Source: Blepharisma stoltei ATCC 30299
Taxonomy: Eukaryota; Protista; Ciliophora
Direction of reading: 5' to 3'
DNA length: 64,000 nucleotides
NCBI GenBank assembly: GCA_965603825.1
Contig: CBFDEM010000051.1
Coordinates: forward strand, 806,807-870,806
Shown here: positions 50,528-59,981 of the stretch, in pieces
Position numbering within the stretch: position 1 is the first letter of the stretch
How the letters are laid out: the number at the start of each line of letters is the position of its first letter
Notes under the pieces: generated by a model
The model's database searches: none
Seen by the model: the letters and a program-made list of their open reading frames with translations, nothing else
Told to the model about the DNA's origin: nothing
Translations under genes and position numbers: made by a program

Positions 50528-51900
50528 ATGAGAGAAATTGTTCACCTGCAAATAGGTTGCTGTGGAAATACCATTGGATCTAAATTTTGAAAAAGTCTCT
50601 TCTATGATCATGGGATAGATAGCACCACTTGCCAGTATAACGGTTGTTTTGATTATCAGCTTAAGAGAATTGATACTTATTTTAACGAAATATTGGGAGG
50701 GAGATATACTCCGAGAGCTATTTTTGCCGATCTCCAGCAAGAGGTAATTGATAAGTATAGAACAAACGAATATTTTGCTCACTTGGAGCCCGATAATTTT
50801 CTATCAGAAAATAAAGCGTCAAATGATAACTATGCGCAGAAATATGAGCACTATGAATTTAAAGACCATGTCATGGACATCGTCAGAAAAGAAGCTGAAA
50901 ACAGTGAATCATTACAAGGATTTCAGATTTTTCACGCCGCAAGTGGGGCTGCTGGATCAGGACTAACTTCTCTTCTTCTAGAAAATATCAAGGATGAATA
51001 CTCTGATAGAATTATAAAAACTTCTAGTATTATTCCTTATAATGAAGCAATGAATTTACTTACAGAGCCATACGATACAATTTTTTTGCTTCAAGATCTA
51101 ATAAGCAATGCTGATGTTACAAGTGTTTTAGACAATGAAGATATTTATAACTTGTGTCACAAGAAAATGAAGATATATAAGCCCACATGGGGAGATATAA
51201 ACAATATAATAGTACAAGTACTTAGCGGGGAATCTTTATCTTTCAGATTTCCTACTGACTTATGCTCAGATTTAAGAAAATTTGCATTGAATTTGGTCCC
51301 TTATCAAAATTTGCATTTTTTAAGTCATGCTATGTGCCGCTTTTTCCTCGAGGTGCATGCTTTTGCTATTTTAATATACAATCCACTGAAAGGCTGACCC
51401 AAAATTTATTCAACAGAGCATATCATCTGCATGACCCTGATCCAAATTCTAGATTTGGCCTAATTTTGAGCGCTGTGCTTACTTATTTGGGGAAAGTTGA
51501 TCCAGCTGAGGCAGAAATTGAATTTTTAAAGGCCAAAGCAGAAAATAAAAGTTGCTACTCAGAGCAGATTCCTGATAATTTGAAGTATTGGATATGCAAT
51601 GCGCATTCATTTATGACTCGATCAGGATATTTTACTTATAATTCTGCTTTAATTGGGAATACCTTTAAAAAAGCTGTTGATCGATTTGACGACTTTTACA
51701 AAAGAAAAGCCTTTATATGTAGATATTTAGCTGAAGGAATGGATGAGCTCGAGTTTGAAGAGGCTAGAGAGGATGCTGTGCAATTAATTTCTGAATATCA
51801 GCAGCTAATAAATAATTCGAATTCAAATGAATACTTTTATGCCTTTATTAAACGTGTTATCCAGCCCTCAAAATGAAATAAAGGTCATATTGGGGAATAG
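50528..51900 (+). pseudogene. Second beta-like tubulin copy with a 1-nt frameshift at ~51335 (pseudogene or assembly error)
   Basis: ATGTGCCGC here vs ATGTGGCCAC in copy 1. The downstream frame continues through TGA to TAG 51898-51900. Confidence 0.72.
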
Positions 51901-51991
51901 TTTTATTTATATTTAGTTTTAGTTATTAAAAACTATAAATTGTTTGCCTTTTGATGAATTTATATTTAATTAATAAGAATTTAATTAAACC

Positions 51992-53374
51992 TTATTTTTC
52001 CTCCATCATCATAGACTTTGGCATATAAAGTTTAACTTCTCCATTCAAAAGAACAACATTGAGAGCTCCATTGGTAATGGTTACGCAGTCTCCACTCCAG
52101 AAAATGTTGCAAATCACATCTCCTTCTTTATACGGGTTATAAGTTACTGATCTCTGAATGGTATTATCCGTATTGGTAAATGCCATCACCGCATTGCCCA
52201 TGGAAAAGCAATAAAAGTTATGATCAGCATATCTTTCGACCCAAGGATAATTCCACAACTGCATTTGCTTCCTGTATTTGACAATTTTGGTCACAAATTG
52301 GTACATATCAGAGTTGGTGTTCTTTAAATATGGCCAAAGGATTTCTCTATCGTTAGGATCATAACCTCCATTGAACCCTTGCTCGTCTCCATAATAAACA
52401 ATTGGTATGCCTAAAGTCACCACACTCCAAGCCAAAGCATTTTTGAATCTATTGATGTTTCCGTTTTGGTATAAGAATCTTGGGTTATCGTGATTATCTA
52501 AGAAATTCCCAAGAATTGTTTGGTCTTTAAAGGCCTTCATACTATTCATGAAGTCTCTTGCCTGATACATATCTCCGCCATAAGCAAAGATGTTTCTCAA
52601 TAAAAAATAAAGAGGATAATTTAAAACCGCATCTAGAGGTCCTTGATAGCCCGAAACATAATTAATATCTCCATTAAAAGCTTCGCCAACTGCATAAACG
52701 CCGGCACTGGCTTGAAATTCATACCAAAAGTCTTTTGGAACTTCAACAGCTGTATCAACTCTTAGCCCATCAAATCCATATTTATTAACAATTCAATTGA
52801 TTCAACTCTTCAATGTACTTCTTACATATTGATTTTCTTGGGATAAATCAGGTAGTGTTCCAAGCCAGCACCATTCAACTTCGTGCTGATCATTCCAATT
52901 GTTGATTTGGCAGTATGGATGATAATATTCAGACTTATTGAAGGGGTTGATCACTGAAAAGTCAGGAGAAACAGGGCCAACATGATTAGCTACAACATCA
53001 AGCATAACATACATTCCTCTTGAGTGGCAAGCATTTACGAGATCTTGAAGATCTTGCTCTGTCCCAAAATGAGGATTAACTCCATATAGGTCTATCGCTG
53101 CATAGCCGTGATAAGCACCTTGGTAGTTAACTGGGACTGGAGAAATCCATATGGCATCAAAGCCCATATTTTGGATGTAGTCGAGATTTTGTGTAATCCC
53201 TTTAAAAGTTCCTCCACAATAATTACCTAAATCTGCACACCCTGAGTTGTCACCATTACCTCTTGAAAAACGATCAGTTAATAGCTGGTAAATAATTCGG
53301 GATTTCCACTGCTGAGGGGTGGCTGCTTTGGCAGCTAAAATTAGAGCTAAAAAGATTAAAACCGATTTAATCAT
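51992..53374 (-). CDS. Secreted alpha-amylase, GH13 (Taka-amylase type)
   Basis: ORFs join through two TGA codons. Signal peptide, IYQLLTDRF, YHGY, DVVANH, DGLRVD, GEAF, FLDNHD, GIPIVYYGDEQ. Confidence 0.94.
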
Positions 53375-54405
53375 TATTTTTTCGCCAAACCGTTATTTAA
53401 TCCAGCAAATATGCCCTTGATCAAAACTTAATAAAATTAATAAAATTTAATAAATTTAGGCTCTAATCTAGAAATATAAGGAATATCAAAATATTATCCA
53501 TTTAAAGTGGAATTTTGCATTAAGCATATTATATGACTTATTTTATAATTGTATAATTCATTATTAGTTATATTCCAAAATTAAATTATATATATGATAA
53601 ATCAATACTTTAAGTCAGTGCGCTATTTTATAAGTCTTTCTAATTCTCACTTATTAATATGCAAATAATTAGAAATTTTGGAACTAAAAATTAGCAACTT
53701 ATCAGGCACAATAAATTTATATCATTTAACTATTCCTCACATCTGTGAGATCTTATAGCCAATCAGTTGGATTGTCTATATAAAGGATTGCGGATAAATG
53801 CCTGTGTAGTCACGAGCTGAAGTTAAAAGGGTGGGTATCCACTCAGTGGGAGAGTTAAATGCTAGGCTAATAAATAATTAAGCTTTCATCTGATCATTTC
53901 TTTAATATTTTTTATTTCTTTCAATAAAAGTAGCGTTACTAGAATATTAAAGCTCATTTCTAGATTCATTTGATGATTCTGCACCAAATATATCCTATCC
54001 TAATATCTTTGATTTTTTTTATAAAAGTATTAAATAATAATGCTAGATCTCATTTTCTTGTCTTAATCATTTTATGAATTTTTTGGGCATCAAATCCACA
54101 ATAATTAGCGTAATTTCTTCCTTTTTGTAATTCGATTTTATCTGCCTTATTTTTTTAGTTTTTATTTGTTTTACTCTAGAGGGCTTTAAGATTCCCTTCC
54201 TTGCCGATTCGAATTCAAGACACTTTTTAAAAGAAATGTTTGCGTTAGCCCTGAATTGCTTTTAATTTTAAATTTTTTTATCTTTTGAAGACTAGCTTAT
54301 AATACTTGTATTTCTTCTAATTAATTTATATAATACGGGATTTATTTTCGTTAATCTACGATTTTCACTAATTTTCAGAGAAATGCTATATAGTAAATTT
54401 CAAAA

Positions 54406-55068
54406 ATGAATGAAAGCGAGCTTATGGATGAATTTGAAGAATTCAAAGAAACAAGCAAACTTATTGAAGCTGAATTAGAACTAGAAATCGAAGAGAACAA
54501 AATTCTAATAAAATCTCTTCAAGAAGAAATCTTAATTTTAAAAGAACAAAATACAAACCTTAAAGTATTATCCAATTAGTCTCAATTTTATACTAAAATC
54601 CAAGTGATCGAGAAATTGAATAGCGAGCTCAATGAAAAATTAAAAAAATCCTGCCAAGACAGTGAGTCTTCCAAAAAGAAACTAATGGAAATGGAATTGG
54701 AGATGGATATGATGAAATCAAAGTTAAGAGAAAAGGATTTTGAAGCTGAGCAACTTAATGAGTTTTATAACAAAACGTTAGAAGATTTGGCAATAGCATG
54801 CTCTGAGCTGGATGTCTTAAAAGAGTACAGCGAAGAAAATACGCAAAGACTAAAAGATCAAATATCAGATTTAAATAACGAACTTATGGTTGCTCGAAGA
54901 AAATCCATTGATATTCGTGCTTATTTGTCAAGAAGTGATTCTGCAATCAGTAGGCTTAGTATTAAATCATCACTAGATGGACAATCATCTAAAACGATAG
55001 TCGATATCCTTTTATCAAATCTAAATGCCAATCTAATGAAATATAAACAAAATTTATTATCACTATAA
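54406..55068 (+). CDS. NudE/NDEL1-like coiled-coil protein (15-nt intron at 54565-54579)
   Basis: EFEEFKETSKLIEAELE and SELD..QRLKDQISDLNNELMV resemble the NudE motifs EFQEGSRELEAELE and SELD..QRLKDE.RDL.QEL. The intron removes an in-frame TAG. Confidence 0.7.
54565..54579 (+). other. 15-nt spliceosomal intron
   Basis: GTATTATCCAATTAG; joins a 53-codon exon to ORF 54604-55068. Confidence 0.85.
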
Positions 55069-55432
55069 ATTATATTTATTTTTATCGACTGTTGAGCAAA
55101 TTCTATGTTTCTCCCTGCTTTTCATTTTTTTTCTCTTATCTTTCTCTTTTCTTCCTCCCTTAATGATTTTTGATCCCTTTTTTTCTTTATTTGCCTTAAA
55201 TCTCATAATGCTATGCTGTTAAATAATCGGCCAGACTTTTCTTTCTACTATACTCTTTTCATCAGGTAGGTTAAAGCTTGCTCTTCAAATGCAACTTCAA
55301 CATATAGGGCATACCTTCATTTGGTTGGAAATCGATATTAGCTTCTTCTCACTGTATGCATCATATTTGTTATCGAATCTTCAAGCCCTGCATAATCCCA
55401 TGCTTATTAGTCCTATTATAGATTTCATATAA

Positions 55433-55700
55433 TTAATTCTTTAATTTCTTGCAGTTAGACCTAAATAATTTCATACTGCCTTTTTGGGTTCTTTTCTTGA
55501 AATTCTGTTTGCAAATGATGCAAGTAATCTTTAAATGGTATCTATCGGCTTTTCGTAGTAACTCCCAGCTATGTTCTTGTACTATGGCGGCTATGAATAA
55601 TGATACTCTCCTTTCTTTTCCCCTATGTACTCCATTTTGTGTGATGTGCATCTTTCACATGACATGCAGAATCTCTTCAAATTCTGATTAATTTTCTTTT
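55433..55700 (-). mobile_element. Possible integrase H2C2 zinc-binding domain remnant
   Basis: Reads SEFEEILHVMWKMHITQNGVHRGKER...HSW...TCIICKQ. The flanks contain stops. Confidence 0.4.
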
Positions 55701-56487
55701 GGAACCCTATAACCACAACACTCCTTTTTTGTTGGCCTCCATTAATTGGATTTTTCGCTTTGGATTGCATTCAGATTTTTTGCTCTTTTTGATTGATTTC
55801 CATTAAAATAAATGAGTTCGCGCCAATTCTCTTCCCGGAACTCTGTCCTGTGAAATAAATACTGAGATGCACCAAGAGTTATCTTGCGAATCTGAAGTCT
55901 ACGACTATGATTTTGCAATAACAAAAGAAGCAATTCTTAAATACCTTACAAAAGAAATGTCGGAGCACATTGCTCTAAAGAAAAATATTGTAAAATCCTT
56001 TAGAAAGCTTTTAAATGAATTAGTGCACGATATTCGCAAACTTTTAAACAATTTAAATTCATATTCAGATGAAATAAGAAATTGCTTAGCTATCTATTTT
56101 TACACCCTGATATTTTAATTGCGTTGATTAATAAGTGCAGCCATAAGTGGCTCATGCTGAGGGCTGAAAACAATAGCTTAAGGAGGAAAAGGTAAAATCT
56201 GGTGGTTAAAGTGGCAATGACGACCATCATCTTTATGCAATGCAGGAAAATTTTATATATAGGTTCTGCTTGTCAAGCCAAATATGAGCTTGCATTTTGT
56301 CATTGCAAGTCTGACTTTCCGAATCATTTTATTATAATCCGCGTCTTTATTATTCTAGATATTCTAGTATTGGCTTCATAACAATAGAAGAATAAGTAGC
56401 CTATGACAATTCATAGAGCACTCAGCTTTATGCAGTATCATTATGGTAGTTCGAGTAAAAGTGAAGATATTAATTAATTAATTAAAT

Positions 56488-57090
56488 TTGCATTCTGACT
56501 TAGCTATTGAGGGACTAAAGGCAATAATCCCAGTTAATCAAGAATGGATCAATACTACGAATATAGCTCGAGGATTTAGTAAAAAAGTCGAGAAAATGTC
56601 TAAGTGTATTATCAGCGATAAAGAAGCTAATTTAGAAAAAAGAGTCTCTAATATAGAGAAAACTCTTAAAGAGAATAATATTGAATCTATCTATGAAGGG
56701 CATAAAAGGACTAATTATTCAAAATCTGCAGCAAGCACCAAAAACATTTTAAAACTAAAAAAGCAGAAAGAGAAAATTTTAAATAGGCCAAATGACCCAG
56801 GATTAGAGCGAAACTTTAGGCAAGCTTTGTCAATTTATAGCAAAGACTGCGCTAATAATCCAGATCTTGAGAAAGTTTTTAAATACTTATTTATCTTGAA
56901 TAGACCTGTAAGAACAAACTTTGAAAAGACCAAATCAATTTTAATATATGAAAATCTCATTTTGTCTCTTTATGGAAAAACAAATGAGGCGAAATGTCAA
57001 GCACAATTAAAGATCTATAATAACGTATTTCTTCTATATTATTGAGGTCCTCAAAAATTAGTTTTACGTGCTAAAATGTGAAGAAACTAA
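56488..57090 (+). other. Unassigned Lys-rich ORF fragment in the subtelomeric degenerate zone
   Basis: About 200 open codons (through TGA 57043), no clear ATG context and no recognisable motif. Confidence 0.3.
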
Positions 57091-57144
57091 TAAGCTAGCA
57101 AATCTATGATAAGTTGCAAAACTCTGATAAAAATGGAAAAATAG

Positions 57145-58196
57145 CTAATCTATCTTTTAATTGAAATTAAAGATGGAGCCTAACGAACTCCAAAGTCTAA
57201 CTTATCTATCACCTGCTTCTGACAAATGCATCAATTTCTGATAAATTTAAGCATTTATCCAATTAATGAGATAGCATCTAAGTACATGGAATTAAAACAT
57301 TATTATGCAAATTTTACAAGCTATACAACAGGTTTTCATTCAACACTTTCGTCTTGTCAACTAGATTTATCCTATAATCAAATTTTAAGCCTGCAGTGAA
57401 GAGATCAGCTAGCATGCAAAAATTAAGGAAAAATTATGCATAGATCATTAAAAATACTCCAGGCTTTGGCTTAGCATCAATTGCCTGGCTCTATCTTTGG
57501 ACTGATAAAACTGATCTGTTTGGCACCTCTTTTTTTAATGAACATCAATTTTCAGTAAAAATATGATTCAAGTTTTCATTGATGATATCAACTATGCTTC
57601 TGCTTTTTATTTAGCACTGGTTGGCTAGGTTTCATCTTATATAAAATAAAGATGGAAATTGATGAGTTCATAAAATTCCTTCTCCGAGACCTACTTTTAT
57701 ACAATTATTCGGATAACTTGCTAGAAGGTATAAGTAATTTTAGTAATAAATCTATAAAATATACTTTTTATGCTATTCATCAATTTTTATTAATAATCTG
57801 TGTTCAACTTTAGTTCTTCAGGTTCCATCTTTGATTGAAACTAAAAATAGAAACAGACGAACTCATAAAATTTACATCTGGCATCTACTTTTATATTAAA
57901 CATCAATTTTCATTAAAAATATTTAATTTAAGTTGGTATTGAAGGGATCAACTCATATTCAAAATCAACTATTGATTATAAATAAATTGCTGCCCATTCT
58001 TCAGGATTCCACTCAACACTAGCTCGTAAGTTTCCATCTTTAATTTCAATTAAAGATGAAACCAAACGAAATGGTGGCAAACTAAAAATCTGAAGCATAT
58101 ATCAATTAATCCATAATAATACCTTAATTATTTGCATGGGAGGTGATCTCGTCAGCCTAAAAAGAATCAAAAACTTTTAGTATAAATTGATGCTGA
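57145..58196. repeat. Degenerate subtelomeric repeat containing a palindromic motif
   Basis: CATCTTTAATT-nn-AATTAAAGATG-like motif at ~57152, ~57633, ~57826 and 58035 (last unit inverted), each near CATCAATTT boxes. Confidence 0.6.
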
Positions 58197-59981
58197 GTAA
58201 TATCGATTTTAAATGTTTCATTTCCGTTGATTATTAAGGTAGTCTTTTCTCCTTTAATCATCTGGGAGATTGATTTTCAACTATCATCTGTGACTCTCTT
58301 ACTTTTTATCTTTTCTATGAGTTTAGTTCTATCCACAGAATCATATGCTTTCGAAAAATCTATAAAAAGTATATATGAATCACTCTTTTTCCCTTTATTA
58401 TAATATTTTCGATATTCTAAGGTATTTTTCAGTAAGAAACTTTGTGTTATGCATGATTTTCCTTTTCTAAACCCATGTTGTCTATCTGAGATCTTAACGT
58501 TGTTTTCAATTTTTCTTAGTTCAGCCTTGTCAAGAATCTTTATAAAACTGTTCATTAATGTTATAGGTCTGTGATTCTTCAATTCTTTATGATTTCCTTT
58601 ACCTTTATATATAAGAATAGTCTTAGCTTCATTTGCAACATCCGGTATACCATAAATTCTGCAAGTATTTAAAAAATGTGTTATTGCTTCTACCATTATA
58701 TCTCCTCCTTTTTTTATTATTTCATTCGTTATATTATCTGGTCCAGGAGCTTTTCTGTTAGGCAAAGATTTAATAATATTCTCAATCTTTTTTGAGTTTC
58801 AAAGTTCATCTTCTAGACAACCTGCTTGTGGAATAAAAGATATCGTACTCTTAAATTGATCTTCAAATTCTTTTGTTCAAGATTGAATCTCAAATGCATT
58901 CATTGGTAAGACCAGTTTGTTTTATTCAATAATCTTTTTATTTTGTTTCAAGCTCCATAGGGATCATTTATGCATTGTTTTAATCTATTTTCACTTATTA
59001 TTTCATATCTATCTAGTCTTTTTAACTGATCAATGCATATTTTCTTTACTTTCCGTATTCTTTCAATAAATTCATTATTTTTCTGAGAATAGCAAAATTT
59101 GATTCATTCTTTGAGTTTGTTAATTCTTTTCCTTAAAATTTTCATTTCTGGAGTTTTAAAATGATCAGGCTGTAATTTAGTTTTTAGAATAATTGATTCT
59201 TCATCTAAGATAGTCTTTATTTCGGTATAGATTTGAGAAGGGTTATTTGTTATGAAAATACCTTTTTCTTTGAATTTAAGGAAGAGTCTGCTTTTAAAGG
59301 CTTCATGTTCATCTCCTTCTAGTTTATATCATGGAATAATTGTTTTTTTGAGTTCCTAATGATATAATTATCGAAATGCGTGATAGGAGTAAAATATGGT
59401 TAGTATTTAATTGAGGGACTTCTATATAAATAATTTCTGATGTTGAGTTTGAGAGAATGTAATCAATAATTGTGTGTGTATTATGACCTCTAAAAGTTGA
59501 TATTTGCATATCATTGAGAATGTATAGATGAGAATCTTTTATAAATTTAGAAAATATCTCTCCTGTTAGATCATCGATTTCAGATAAATATCCTTTTAGA
59601 TGTGCATTAAAATCACCCAATAGTACTATTTGACGTCTATCCTTTTGATTTTTTTGAATAATTTCTTGAACTTCTATGATAAAGTTAATATAGTCATCAA
59701 TTGATTTCTTACTTTGGTGATTTGCTACTACTGGGGCATAAGCTACTATTATCAAGTAATCTTCAATTAATGTTGCTGTTATTCTATGATTGTTAGTTTC
59801 AATTGATGTTATTAGATTTGCAAATGTTTCATGTATTAGTAACCCAGTTCCGCCTGATCCTCTGTTGCCAGCAATTGGCCCATTATTTCCAATTCAGATA
59901 AATCCTTGAATATATAAGGAAGTTTTCAGTCATGTTTCAGCAATTCCAAGAATAGAAATATCATTAGTAATCATTAAGGTT
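58197..59981 (-). mobile_element. Non-LTR (LINE-like) retrotransposon fragment: APE endonuclease + N-terminal half of RT, degenerate and truncated at both ends
   Basis: APE motifs DISILGIAETW(TGA)L, RGSGGTG, AYAP, LLGDFNAH, TF..IDYIL. RT motifs KAPGPDNI, LIYKGKG, NHRPITL, QHGFRKGKS, FIDFSKAYDSV. The linker has frameshifts and a TAA. The homology ends before PQG/YADD. Confidence 0.92.

Larger units (their letters stand above)
48786..51981. repeat. Tandem duplication of a ~1.6 kb tubulin unit
   Basis: Shared upstream TAGTTTTTCAAGTG.CGC at ~48787/50393, and shared 3' flank GTTATTAAAAACTATAAATTGT. Confidence 0.9.

Noticed and set aside
749-50782. Antisense or overlapping ORFs (e.g. 749-1042, 1516-1884, 9325-9633, 31555-31956, 48846-49172, 50486-50782)
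   Set aside because: Shadows of well-supported genes on the other strand or frame, with no motifs.
53736-53870. Telomerase RNA, tRNA or snRNA
   Set aside because: No CCCTAACA template on either strand and no tRNA or snRNA consensus motifs. Kept only as an unassigned candidate.
58157-58765. RT as telomerase, retron, DGR or group II intron RT
   Set aside because: The upstream APE domain and KAPGPD/RPITL/QHGFR/DFSKAYD motifs are typical of non-LTR retrotransposons.
3-59755. Many short same-strand ORFs as separate genes or pseudogenes
   Set aside because: They are one frame interrupted only by TGA, which encodes Trp here.
58197-59981. TRAS/SART-type insertion into a telomeric array
   Set aside because: No telomeric repeats on the proximal side, and the 3' end and poly(A) are missing.
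3-59981. In-frame TGA as selenocysteine
   Set aside because: TGA is frequent and aligns with conserved Trp, not catalytic Cys.
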